Of a stretch of DNA of 64,000 nt, positions 40,001-49,044 are shown in pieces; position 1 is the first letter of the stretch, and each line of letters opens with the position of its first letter. Below the pieces are notes generated by a model, which was given only the letters and a program-made list of their open reading frames with translations, searched no databases and was not told the origin of the DNA. The DNA is taken from the NCBI GenBank assembly GCA_016934575.1, contig JAFGSN010000052.1, positions 3,868 through 67,867 on the forward strand. The letters run 5' to 3'. A program made the translations under genes and the position numbers. Source of the DNA: Vicinamibacteria bacterium. Its GTDB lineage: Bacteria > Acidobacteriota > Vicinamibacteria > Fen-336.

Positions 40001-43000
40001 CGCGACGCTTCGGCCTCGTTCGGCGGCGGCGCGCTGACGCTTGACGGCGGCGCGCGACTGGAAGGCGGTGGCGTGACCGGCGTTCGGCTCGACGCGCGCG
40101 CGCGCGACGTCGCTCTCCACTATCCGCCCGGCCTGCGAAGCCGCCTTGACGCCGAAGTCGCGCTTACCGGCAGGTCCGGCGCGCTTCGGCTCACGGGCCG
40201 CATCGCTTCCCAGCGCGCGCTCTTCGATCGTGATCTGATGACGGAAGAAACCTTGTTCGCCTCCGTGCCCGAAGCGACGGCCTCTCCGCTTCTGCGGTCC
40301 ATCGGCCTTGATCTCGCCATCGACACGGCCACGCCGCTGCGGATGAACAACGACGTCGCCCGCCTTGAAGCCAAGGGAACGCTCGTGATCCGGGGCACCA
40401 TGGAAACGCCCGAGCCCTATGGCGCGCTCGACGTCGTCGTTCCCGGCGGCAAGTTCTTCTTCCAGGGACAGGAATATTCGATCACCGAGGGCCAGATCGC
40501 CTATCGGGGCGACTGGGAGCCCGTCCTTCGTCTCTCGGCCGAGACGTATATCGAGAAGCAGCGCCAATCCGAACCTGGGAACAAGCGCATCGACCGTTAT
40601 CTCGTCAGGGTGAACGTCAATGGAACGGTGTTCGAGATCTCTCAAGCCTGGACCGCGAAACGTTTCGGTTTGCAGTCGCCGGATCAAATCCGAGACGCCT
40701 TTTCAGCGACGTCCGACTCCATCACTGACGAGCAGCAGCTCCTTGACGAGCTTTTCGGACGCAGGGCCGATCAGCACGCGTTGTCGCTGCTGGCGGGCCG
40801 TATCTCGCGCGGATTGGCCGCCGATCTCCGCAAGCTGGGTCTGGACGAGGTGAGCATTGAGCCGCAGCTCGTGGCGCGCGAGACCGATCCGGGAGCGCGG
40901 TTCACCTTCGGCAAGAATCTGACGGATGACGTGGACCTCGTCTACTCCACGAGCCTGGGCAACGCCGAGCGGTCTTTCGTGAAAATCGAGGCGCGCCCCG
41001 GGTGGAACGTCGCGATCACGATCCAACGCCAGATTGAAGGCGCCGGCGGCGGCGCTTTCACTTACGGCGCCGGACAGAGGATCCGCCTGGGCGGACCTCG
41101 ACGTGACAAAGCGTTCGCGACCGAGGAACGAATAACGATACGCGCCCTGACTTTCGAAGGCTGTCCGGCATGTGAGACGGAGGCCTTCGCCGGAGTCCTG
41201 GAGCTTAAAGTCGGCGACCGCGTGACGCCGTTCGAGCTTCAGGACGCCGCCGAACGTCTGAGAAGCCGTCTTGCGAAAGACGGATACATCGAGGCCGCCG
41301 TCAGCGCGCATCACGTCGGCGACGGCGTCGTCTTCAAAGTGCGCGCCGGCCGTCGCTATGACTGGCGCGTCGAGGGCATCTCCAATCACCCCGATCTCGA
41401 AAGCGAGATCAAAGGCGCGCTCTTCGAAGAGGAAGCCGTCGACCGTGGAATCGCTCGCCTGCTCGATATCGCGCGCCGCCGCGGTCATCCCCGGGCGCGT
41501 GTCGAGACGCGCGTCGAGAACGAAGACGAGACGCGCCGCCTCGTTTTTATCGTCGAATCCGGCCCGCGCATGAAAATCGACGACGTCCGATTCCCCGGGG
41601 CGCATTCATTGTCTCGTCGAAGGCTTCTCAAGGCGTGCGGCGGCGCGGCCGAGCTGCTCGTGGCGCCGGATCATGCGCGCGCCGCCATCAGCGACGCTTA
41701 TCGCCGGATTTTCCATCTTCGCGCACAGGTCGGAGAGCCGGTCCTCCATGAAAGCGTCGGTCGTGTCGCGATCGAGGTTCCCATCGACGAGGGCGAAGCA
41801 GCGCGGGCCTCCGCCGTCGTATTCGACGGCGCGACTCTTCCCGTCGATGACCTCATCGACGCCTCCGGCCTCGTCGCCGGCGAGCCTTTCGACCCCGTTG
41901 CCGTCGAACGAGCGATCGTCACGGTCATCGAACACTATGCGAAGCTAGGCCATAGCGACGCACGCGTCTCTCTCACGACGTCGCCGGCCGGCGACGGCGA
42001 CCTCGACCTGCGTTTCACGGTCATCGAAGGTCCGCGCCTGCTTCTGCAAGCGATCGAGATCGAGGGCTTGACGCGGACGAGCGAAGCGCTCGTCCGCCGG
42101 CGCGTGCCGCTCAAGATCGGCGAACCGCTCGATCCTCGCCGGATGGCGGAAACGGAACGTTGCCTGAGAGGACTGGGCATCTTCGACAGCGTCGTCGTCC
42201 GGCGTGATCCGCAACGGCCCGACGTCGTGCGGATCGAGTTGCGCGAAAGCCCGATTCTCATCGGCGGATACGATCTACGTTACGAGAATCGCGGGGGGAA
42301 GAGGCGGTTCACCGACAACTTGAGCGCGCTTGCCGACGTTGAGTTGCGCAACTTTCTGGGCAGCGCCTTCACCGTCGGCGGCCGGCATCAGATCGGCCAA
42401 GCTCTCCAGGAAAGCCGCGTCTCCCTGCACGGGCCCCTGCCGATCGGCGGCTCCTTCACCGGCTCGGTCTTCCGCCAGTACGAGACTCTGCCCCCGACAT
42501 CGAGCGACGGCGAGCCCGTCGACAGCGACACGCGAGGCTTAAGCTTCCAGCACTCGCTGGATCTTCCCGATCGATGGGCTCTTCTCTATGGCTTTCGACT
42601 GAAGCGAGTGCGCATCTTCGACTTCAGTCCGGTGAACGTCGCCAGCGCCGAGCTTTCGCTGTTGCGCGACTCGCGCGACAATCCACTCGATGCGCGCCGC
42701 GGCCGCTTTCTCAGCCTGAACCTCACGCTGTCCCACCCCCGCCTCGGATCAAGCCTCTCGTTCCTCAAGGGATTCGGACAGGCGTTCGTCATGCGCCGGC
42801 TGGGCGAGAACTGGACCTGGGCGCAGGGTTATCGTCTCGGGCTGGCGCACGTTTTCAGAGAGGAGCCGCTCGTCGCATGGGAGCGCTTCCGGGCGGGCGG
42901 CGTCAACAGCCTGCGTGGTTTCGCCGCTGAAAGCGTGGGACCGCGCGACATCCTCGGCGACCCGCGCGGCGGACAGGCGGTGGTCGTTCTCAATCAAGAG

Positions 43001-43228
43001 CTGCGCTACCACCATCGAAGCGGTTTAGGTTTGTGCTTTTTCTACGACACCGGCGAAGTCTTTCCCTCGATCGGCGAGATGCGCCTGGATTTCCGCCATA
43101 CGGCCGGCGTGGGACCCAGGTGGAACTCGCCCATCGGGCTGCTCCGATTGGATCTTGGATTTCCGCTCGATCGCGAGGGAAATGAAGCGAAACTGCAGTA
43201 TTTCTTCAGCCTGGGACAGGCGTTCTGA
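37046..43228 (+). CDS. Fused TamB (AsmA-like/DUF490) - POTRA - TamA/BamA (Omp85) protein
   Basis: N-terminal TM, long beta-taco repeats, DUF490-like end (TFGKNLTDD..LVYS), POTRA motifs (GYIEA, IEIEGLTRT), barrel motifs RDNPLD, RFRAGGVNSLRGF, ELRY, FYDTG, SPIGLLRLD, C-terminal FSLGQAF; alternative start 36986. Confidence 0.85.
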   Translation: MRLRLSRRAGLITVLLLVFCLGLFSFGLFPQDPLRRLAEQRLRAAVGPRCRIGQLHVIPIRLAVSARDVVLASDGFELSIERGSAALSLDALLGRALSLRSLTLHRPLLRLNSAPASDETPPLALPPIVLKRVLVTDGRFIYAGAKERFDLSGIEVRGGMGEGRLDVRVRHGQFLKPRRIDIESLHARLMISPRLALVIESFEGATRGSRLSVDGRLGSLLDDWSPDLRFSGTIALDELSPPAPQLHGAVFLEGRLSKRQDDLEWNVVMNGARLDVAGWTIDRMRASLSQSSDAGLRARAKLEMLSGGIDVQATMREKKLIATLAARRLRFDQRTLPAAFHQAGVDFDASARGRLDGRLTTLISARATTHIGRDIVANIDAESSGWLNPTRQTTDMKFKAVTDARPRHASDTPMSIVRATLTLNGRAAGALNDLSIESVLEGLATIATPSGGRHVEIAGELRRVHDRLTSRIEALGVGDGARLELEATAGHVRNLAIKAANVNLAEILPEWSGKADWVLEASGPPQRLAGHSQLSIRDASWRFLDIGSATAAYKGTASDGRLSLRVPAFNVAGDGDLRLGRRPILNASISFERFPLSPFAALVERPLEGTLSGLVVVALPLDRPEKLRVETRLSALNASSERLDVRLERPLVVRLDETTIAIDDLALLGPAFLLETHGASSRLENGPLDLSVKLSADLARLPYRSRTDLAGEVAADIRLRGSRKSPSATGTILLSRVNAGSPKLPPLALDSGRITLDGDAFRFDDLAAAFANGTLKLHGRLPFESLRPRDASRPHSAEADVDIEWSGIEAARILASLAPRGVEGGAPRINARLSGRLHIGGRPTSLESIRARLVFNETPLTIEEAGVVISQAILTMDGGVVHTDGVALDSEQGEFSMRGDVDLLRRRLDVGGDGALNLRMLSPFLSDMAFGGRAEAHVAVGGSFDSPDMRGSVDIKDGLLRFRELRQPLTAIDARLQFDRAAIRLRDASASFGGGALTLDGGARLEGGGVTGVRLDARARDVALHYPPGLRSRLDAEVALTGRSGALRLTGRIASQRALFDRDLMTEETLFASVPEATASPLLRSIGLDLAIDTATPLRMNNDVARLEAKGTLVIRGTMETPEPYGALDVVVPGGKFFFQGQEYSITEGQIAYRGDWEPVLRLSAETYIEKQRQSEPGNKRIDRYLVRVNVNGTVFEISQAWTAKRFGLQSPDQIRDAFSATSDSITDEQQLLDELFGRRADQHALSLLAGRISRGLAADLRKLGLDEVSIEPQLVARETDPGARFTFGKNLTDDVDLVYSTSLGNAERSFVKIEARPGWNVAITIQRQIEGAGGGAFTYGAGQRIRLGGPRRDKAFATEERITIRALTFEGCPACETEAFAGVLELKVGDRVTPFELQDAAERLRSRLAKDGYIEAAVSAHHVGDGVVFKVRAGRRYDWRVEGISNHPDLESEIKGALFEEEAVDRGIARLLDIARRRGHPRARVETRVENEDETRRLVFIVESGPRMKIDDVRFPGAHSLSRRRLLKACGGAAELLVAPDHARAAISDAYRRIFHLRAQVGEPVLHESVGRVAIEVPIDEGEAARASAVVFDGATLPVDDLIDASGLVAGEPFDPVAVERAIVTVIEHYAKLGHSDARVSLTTSPAGDGDLDLRFTVIEGPRLLLQAIEIEGLTRTSEALVRRRVPLKIGEPLDPRRMAETERCLRGLGIFDSVVVRRDPQRPDVVRIELRESPILIGGYDLRYENRGGKRRFTDNLSALADVELRNFLGSAFTVGGRHQIGQALQESRVSLHGPLPIGGSFTGSVFRQYETLPPTSSDGEPVDSDTRGLSFQHSLDLPDRWALLYGFRLKRVRIFDFSPVNVASAELSLLRDSRDNPLDARRGRFLSLNLTLSHPRLGSSLSFLKGFGQAFVMRRLGENWTWAQGYRLGLAHVFREEPLVAWERFRAGGVNSLRGFAAESVGPRDILGDPRGGQAVVVLNQELRYHHRSGLGLCFFYDTGEVFPSIGEMRLDFRHTAGVGPRWNSPIGLLRLDLGFPLDREGNEAKLQYFFSLGQAF

Positions 43229-43372
43229 GCTTCCCGAGCCTCCTGGCGATGATGAGTTGTCGCCGCTCACGCCAAAACTTCAAAGAGACCACGAGTGCGG
43301 TACGATGGCGGAGTCCGCGGATCGGCCGACGCCGAAGCCGCTGCCGGCGCGGCGCGGAATGGGAGAGGTCGA

Positions 43373-45079
43373 GTGAGGTTCGGCATCAAGAGATCGACAG
43401 CGTACATTCTTGCGGCGGCGGCTGGCGCCGCCGGCTTGGCGTACCCTGGCCGCGTTCAGGAGGTTCGTTTTACCGACGTGACCGAATCGTCCGGCATCCG
43501 CTTCGAGCACATCAACGGAGCGTTCGGCAAAAGGCTCCTTCCCGAAACCATGGGTGCGGGCGTGGCGCTGTTGGATTACGATAACGACGGACGCCAGGAC
43601 ATCTTTTTCGTCAACTCCACGAGTTTCCATGGCCAGCCTGGGCCCATAGGCCTCCCCGCGCTCTACCATAACAACGGTGATGGAAGCTTCACGGACGTGA
43701 CCCGCGCCGCTGGACTGGCCGTCGCGGTCTACGGCATGGGCGTCACCGTCGCCGACTACGACAACGACGGCTGGGAGGACATATACGTCACGGCGGTCGG
43801 ACCGAACCGATTGTTCCGAAACCTGAACGGCCGGCGCTTCACGGACGCGACAGTTAAGGCGGATGTCGGAGATCCCGGATTCTCGGCAAGCGCGGCGTTC
43901 TTCGATTATGACAATGACGGCTGGCTGGACCTCTTCGTCACCAATTATGTCGAGTGGTCGCAGGCCAAGGACGTCTTCTGCACGCTGGACGGCAGTCGCA
44001 AGTCCTATTGCTCTCCCGAGTCTTATCGCGGCCAGAGTCCCCGTCTCTACCACAACCGGGGCGACGGCACATTCGAGGACGCCACCGCCCGGGCCGGCCT
44101 CCGCGATCCATCGAGCAAGGCCCTGGGCGTGGCGCTCCTGGACATCGATAGCGACGGCTGGCTCGACCTGTTTGTGGCCAACGACACCCAACCCAACAAA
44201 CTCTATCGCAACACCGGCAAGGGCACATTTGTCGACGTCGCGGTTCAGATGGGCGTGGCCTTCAGCGAGTACGGCATCGCCCGGGCCGGCATGGGTACGG
44301 ACGCCGCCGACTACGACGGATCCGGACGAGCCGGCCTGATCGTCGGCAACTTCTCCAATGAGATGATGGCGTTGTTTCATAACGACGGCGACGGGTTCTT
44401 CGTCGACGAAGCCGCGCTGACGACCGTGGGGCATGCGACGTACCTCAAGCTGACCTTCGGCTGCTTCTTCTTCGACTTCGACCTCGATGGGCGCCGCGAC
44501 ATCCTCGGCGCGAACGGCCACATCTGCGACGATATCGCCGCCGCTCACCCGCGGATCGGTTACGCCCAGACCGCTCACCTCTTGCGCAACCTCGGCGGGC
44601 GGCGCTTCGAGGACGTCTCCGGAACGGTCGGCCGCGGGCTGGCCGTTCCGTTCGTCGGCCGCGGGCTGGCGCATGGCGACCTCGACGGGGACGGCGACCT
44701 CGATGTCGTCCTGACCGTCAACCAGGGACGGGCGCGAATGTTCCGCAACGACGGCGGCAACCGCAACGGCTACGTGCGGCTTCGGCTCATCGGAACGCGC
44801 TCCAACCGCAGCGGCATCGGCGCTCGCGTCATCCTGACTCATGCCGGCGGCACACGGCAATGGGCCCTCGTGAAAACTGGATCGAGCTACTGCTCCCAGA
44901 GCGAGCTGCCAATCACTTTCGGCCTGGGCCCGAGGGACAGGCCTGCGCGCATCGAAGTGGCGTGGCCCAGCGGCCAGCGGGATCTCATTACACATCCATC
45001 GTCCAACCGTATGCTCACGATCGTGGAGCGGGAAGGGCTTGTCGCAAGCGGCGTCATCAAGACGGATCGGAAGCGGTAA
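43373..45079 (+). CDS. CRTAC1-family FG-GAP/ASPIC-UnbV repeat protein
   Basis: FTDVT, ETMGAGVALLDYDNDG, repeated DYDNDGWxD, GIGARV, SYCSQ..FGLG; 3' end overlaps the convergent regulator by 23 nt. Confidence 0.88.
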   Translation: MRFGIKRSTAYILAAAAGAAGLAYPGRVQEVRFTDVTESSGIRFEHINGAFGKRLLPETMGAGVALLDYDNDGRQDIFFVNSTSFHGQPGPIGLPALYHNNGDGSFTDVTRAAGLAVAVYGMGVTVADYDNDGWEDIYVTAVGPNRLFRNLNGRRFTDATVKADVGDPGFSASAAFFDYDNDGWLDLFVTNYVEWSQAKDVFCTLDGSRKSYCSPESYRGQSPRLYHNRGDGTFEDATARAGLRDPSSKALGVALLDIDSDGWLDLFVANDTQPNKLYRNTGKGTFVDVAVQMGVAFSEYGIARAGMGTDAADYDGSGRAGLIVGNFSNEMMALFHNDGDGFFVDEAALTTVGHATYLKLTFGCFFFDFDLDGRRDILGANGHICDDIAAAHPRIGYAQTAHLLRNLGGRRFEDVSGTVGRGLAVPFVGRGLAHGDLDGDGDLDVVLTVNQGRARMFRNDGGNRNGYVRLRLIGTRSNRSGIGARVILTHAGGTRQWALVKTGSSYCSQSELPITFGLGPRDRPARIEVAWPSGQRDLITHPSSNRMLTIVEREGLVASGVIKTDRKR

Positions 45080-46451
45080 GCTTGTCGGCGTCGATGCCGT
45101 GCTTGCGCAGGTAGTAGCCAAGGTTCCGCTGATCGATACCGAGCAGTCGCGCGGCCTCTTTCCGCACACCACCTGAGCCGCCGAGAGCCGCCAGAACGAC
45201 CTCTTTTTCACGCTGTAGAAGCGCCTGCCGTAAATTCATCGGGCTATCCTCGGCGTTCTTGCCTCTGGCCGGCGCAACAGACCCCGGAGCCAGGTCGAGA
45301 GACTCGACGATGTCGCCAATGCTCATGATGATCGTACGCTCGATGGCATTGCCCAGTTCGCGGACGTTGCCGGGCCACGAGTAGGCCGTCATTTCTTCCA
45401 GGCACGACCGTGAGAATGCAGGGGTGGATCGGCCGAGACGAGCGGATACCTTTGCCGCGAAGTGAGCGGCCAGGAGCGGAATGTCGTCGATCCTCTCGCG
45501 CAGCGGAGGGACGACGATACGAATGACATTGAGGCGATAAAAAAGATCCTGCCGAAAACGGCCTTCGGCGACGTCTTTCTCCAGGTCGCTGTTGGTCGCG
45601 GCCATGAGCCGAACGTCGACGCTGGTCGCGCGTTCATCGCCAAGGCGATTGAACTCGCCGTCTTGCACGACACGGAGGATCTTGGCCTGGGCGATGAGCG
45701 GCATGGACCCGACCTCGTCCATGAAAAGAGTGCCTCGATGAGCCAGACGGAAATGTCCCTCCCGATCCGCCACGGCCCCCGTGAAGGCGCCCTTACGATG
45801 GCCGAAAAATTCGCTTTCCCACATCTCCACGGGCACGGCGGCGCAACTGACCCGAACATAGGGAGCCCTGGATCGAGCGCTCCACCGGTGGACGAGGCGG
45901 GCGAGAAGCTCCTTGCCCGTTCCCGATTCGCCGAGGATCAGAACCGTCGAGTCAGTGGGGGCCACGGATTGAATGGTCTTCAACACCTGCCGCCACGCGT
46001 CCGACCGCCCCACCGGGAACTCCGCTCCGTCCTCTCTGCCACGCAGATATTCAAGCTCACGGCGTATCGCTCGCGATTCCATGGCCCGGTCGAGAACGAG
46101 CTCCAAAGCCGAGGGAGCGGCGGGCTTGAGGACATAGTCGGATGCGCCGGCGTGCAGACACTCCACGGCCGAGGACACGGTGCCGAAACCGGTCAACACC
46201 ACGACGGGAACTTCCGGGTAAGATGCTCGCACGCGCCGCACCAGTTCAAGGCCTCCGCCTTCGGGCATCTTGAGATCGGTGAGAACCACGTCGAATGAGC
46301 GGCGCTCGCAGCGCCTCAAAGCCGACTCAACTCCGTCGGCCAGATCGACGTCGAATCCGCGAGACGCCAGCATCTCGCCCAGTGAATTACGGACATAGGT
46401 CTCGTCGTCCACGACAAGGACCTGGCCCCTCCGTGGTCGCCCGTCAGCCAC
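45057..46451 (-). CDS. Sigma-54-dependent response regulator (NtrC/AtoC family)
   Basis: REC domain (VLVVDDE, TDLKMP), GESGTGKE, GAFTGA, DEV, FRQDLFYRLNV, WPGNVREL, C-terminal Fis-type HTH; GTG start overlaps the kinase stop. Confidence 0.95.
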   Translation of the reverse strand: MADGRPRRGQVLVVDDETYVRNSLGEMLASRGFDVDLADGVESALRRCERRSFDVVLTDLKMPEGGGLELVRRVRASYPEVPVVVLTGFGTVSSAVECLHAGASDYVLKPAAPSALELVLDRAMESRAIRRELEYLRGREDGAEFPVGRSDAWRQVLKTIQSVAPTDSTVLILGESGTGKELLARLVHRWSARSRAPYVRVSCAAVPVEMWESEFFGHRKGAFTGAVADREGHFRLAHRGTLFMDEVGSMPLIAQAKILRVVQDGEFNRLGDERATSVDVRLMAATNSDLEKDVAEGRFRQDLFYRLNVIRIVVPPLRERIDDIPLLAAHFAAKVSARLGRSTPAFSRSCLEEMTAYSWPGNVRELGNAIERTIIMSIGDIVESLDLAPGSVAPARGKNAEDSPMNLRQALLQREKEVVLAALGGSGGVRKEAARLLGIDQRNLGYYLRKHGIDADKLTASDPS

Positions 46452-48066
46452 CGGCCGCCTCCGTCCACTCGGGAAGAGTGATGCGGAACACGGCGCCGCC
46501 TCCGTCTCTGTTCGCCGCCTCCAGCTTGCCTCCATGCTGGGCGACGATGGAGTTGCATACGGAGAGTCCGAGGCCGGTGGAGCCCTTCGTCGAGAAAAAC
46601 GGCTCGAAAATCCGATTCAGGTCGGCCGGCGAGACGCCGGGGCCGCGATCGGCGACCTCGATGCGTATCTGTCCGTCGCTCCGATCGGCGGTCAGGCGCA
46701 CCTCGCCCCCCTGAGGCTGAGCCTCGCAGGCGTTGAGCACGAGGTTCATGAGCACTTGCCCGAGCATCACGCTGTTTCCCATGACCATCAGCGGCCCCTT
46801 GCGCAGATCGACATCGAACGTCGTTTCACGGAAAGCGCGCCGCGATTCCACGAAAGCCGTCGTCTGTCGTGACAAATCTCCAACGTCTACTGGGCTGGCG
46901 GGGGCGCTCGTGGGATCGACCTGGGTGAGAACCTGCCGGACAGTGCCCGCGACACGCTCCATCCCCTCCTGTACGCCTTCCAGGCGACGGCGGACCGAGG
47001 AAACATCGGCGCGATCGAGATCATCCTTTGCCAGGGTCAGGTAATTGAGCATGCCCTCGAGCGGATTGTTGATCTCGTGAGCGATGCCGGCCACAACTCG
47101 CCCGACAGTGGCGAGCCGTTCGGAGTGAAAGAGCTGTCGCTCTAGTTCCCGAACCCGAGTCTCCTCGCGAGCCTGGCTCTCGAGCCTCACCTGGCGCCGA
47201 AGCTGGAGCACGCTGTAAAGACCCAACAACAAGGTCAGCGCCATCACTCCCAGGTCGACGACCAAGGTGAGGCGATAGCGGCGGGAGAGCGGTTCGACAA
47301 GACCGAGGATCGCCGCTCGGCTCCCCACGCAAGTCAGCTTCCATGGAGACGGCGCGGCCCAGCCTCCGGCCCGTACCAGTGACTCGGCCGTGAGGCGTTC
47401 AACGACGGCTTCGCTCTCCGGAATGCCGCCCGCCAGGGGCCAATCGCTGGCGTCCGTGAGCAGGCATTGCGGGGAAGCTTCGGATCTCGCCGGCGCGATC
47501 AGGCTGGAAGCGTCCAGCTCGGCCACCACACGCTGAGCCCTGGTCGTCGCGGCGTGAGTTCCTAGGCCGAAAACGCCCCGAATATGCGGCCGTCGTCCCA
47601 AGGCCGGCGGCGGCTGAACCATAACCTGTCTGTCGGAAGCAGGACGCCATACCATAGGAACGCCGCCGCGCCAGCCGGCTTCGACGAGCACACGGTTCTT
47701 TCCCACAAGGACGGAGATCCGCAAGATCTGAGGGTGTCCGCGAAGGAAGATGAGGAGGGCCGCTCCCGCGCCCTGGCGGTCCCAGTCGTTCCCTCCCGCC
47801 CCGGACGGATGGGTCTCCTCTCCTAGTCGAGTGATGGCGCTCGAGCCCGCTAGAAAGACGAGATCCATGCGGCTCTGCGACACGATATCCTGAATGGCGC
47901 GGGCGCGATTCTCCGTTTCGAGACGAAAGAGGCGATTCGCCTCCTCATCGAGACCCCGGCGGGCCATCGTGATGTCCCACAAGCCCGCCCCGTTGACGGC
48001 AACGACTATGGACAGCAGGAGAATCGTAAGCCAGCCAAGGTGAGTGTTGCTGCGGCGTATCTGCAT
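46444..48066 (-). CDS. Membrane sensor histidine kinase
   Basis: Two TMs flanking a periplasmic domain; AGIAHEINNPL, MNLVLNA, DRGPG, FEPFFSTK, TGLGL. Confidence 0.93.
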   Translation of the reverse strand: MQIRRSNTHLGWLTILLLSIVVAVNGAGLWDITMARRGLDEEANRLFRLETENRARAIQDIVSQSRMDLVFLAGSSAITRLGEETHPSGAGGNDWDRQGAGAALLIFLRGHPQILRISVLVGKNRVLVEAGWRGGVPMVWRPASDRQVMVQPPPALGRRPHIRGVFGLGTHAATTRAQRVVAELDASSLIAPARSEASPQCLLTDASDWPLAGGIPESEAVVERLTAESLVRAGGWAAPSPWKLTCVGSRAAILGLVEPLSRRYRLTLVVDLGVMALTLLLGLYSVLQLRRQVRLESQAREETRVRELERQLFHSERLATVGRVVAGIAHEINNPLEGMLNYLTLAKDDLDRADVSSVRRRLEGVQEGMERVAGTVRQVLTQVDPTSAPASPVDVGDLSRQTTAFVESRRAFRETTFDVDLRKGPLMVMGNSVMLGQVLMNLVLNACEAQPQGGEVRLTADRSDGQIRIEVADRGPGVSPADLNRIFEPFFSTKGSTGLGLSVCNSIVAQHGGKLEAANRDGGGAVFRITLPEWTEAAGG

Positions 48067-48309
48067 GCCATGAAGACCCGAGTCGCACGCTAGCGTAGCG
48101 TGGATTCGCGACGAACGCACCCCGCCTGTCGTGCTCGATGTGCGCGCCTAGGCCGGATCATAGAGGATATTCGACCCCCGGTTGGCTCGCCCATAGATCG
48201 TATGGAGGGCACGCATCACACGTGCCGGCGCTTCTCCAACGCACCCTGGAAGTCCTTCTCCTGTATAGTGATTCGCGAATCGTGGCTTGTTTCAGAGACG
48301 CCGCCATTC

Positions 48310-48326
48310 TCGGCATGTGTATTGCT
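48310..48326 (+). promoter_or_regulatory. Sigma-54 (-24/-12) promoter
   Basis: TCGGCATGTGTATTGCT: GG-N10-GC, close to TGGCAC-N5-TTGCW; about 80 nt upstream of ATG 48406 and next to a divergent sigma-54 activator. Confidence 0.75.
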
Positions 48327-48405
48327 AGATATTAATTCGGTTGAAATCAACAGACCGCCTAAGAATCATCAACTGATTGGCGCGAAACAAGAATGCGAGG
48401 AAGCG

Positions 48406-49017
48406 ATGTTCAAGGAGCAATTCATGCCGGACAAGCAACAACACAAGATCGACCTCGGCCATCTGACGTCTGGCGGACGCGAAGAACTGGCGAAACTCGG
48501 CCTGCTCGGTTCGAATGACGCCGTGCTCGATTGCCCCTACCGTAAAGACGCCTCTCGATCTTCATCGATCTCTAAGCACGCCATATCGGCGCCCCAAGTG
48601 CTGAACGAGGCGCGCTGCTACGGCTCGTCTTTTCCGCGAGGCCTGCGACTTGAGCTCGGCGGATTGTCGGTCCTGCTCATCTCGGGGACGGCATCGATCG
48701 ACGAAAACGGGAAAACCGTCCATGTCGGCGATTTCGGCGCGCAGTGTTGGCGAACCTATCGCAATATCACGACGCTTCTGGCCGCAGAAGGCGCCACATG
48801 GCACGACGTCATTCGCACGACTAACTACCTGAGGGACATCGAGCGCGATTATGAGCCATTCAACGGAATCCGAACGTCATTCTTCACCTGGCTGGGCCTG
48901 AATCCGCTCCCGGCCAGTGTTGGCGTGCAGGCGCGGCTGTGCCGCAGCGATCTCTTGGTCGAGATCGAGGCCGTGGCTCTCATCCCACGCGGCGAGAAGG
49001 CCGAGCAAACGCGATGA
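48406..49017 (+). CDS. Rid (YjgF/RidA) superfamily protein resembling the C-terminal domain of FkbO/Hyg5 chorismatases
   Basis: SFPRG, LLISGTASI, GDF.AQ, NI..LL, YLRD, LCRSDLLVEIEA; GAGGA RBS. Confidence 0.8.
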   Translation: MFKEQFMPDKQQHKIDLGHLTSGGREELAKLGLLGSNDAVLDCPYRKDASRSSSISKHAISAPQVLNEARCYGSSFPRGLRLELGGLSVLLISGTASIDENGKTVHVGDFGAQCWRTYRNITTLLAAEGATWHDVIRTTNYLRDIERDYEPFNGIRTSFFTWLGLNPLPASVGVQARLCRSDLLVEIEAVALIPRGEKAEQTR

Positions 49018-49044
49018 TTGACAACATGGAGGATCGACGGGCGC

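Noticed and set aside
43373-45079. First CRTAC1 gene as part of the HZS-like operon
   Set aside because: It is separated from the operon by the oppositely oriented two-component genes and follows the tamB-tamA fusion; such proteins are often multi-copy, so linkage is unproven.
48340-48351. GTTGAAATCAAC palindrome as an FNR box
   Set aside because: Half-site spacing does not match TTGAT-N4-ATCAA, and it lies downstream of the predicted promoter.
48378-48396. Second sigma-54-like element TGGCGC...TGC
   Set aside because: GG-to-GC spacing is 14 nt rather than the required 10.
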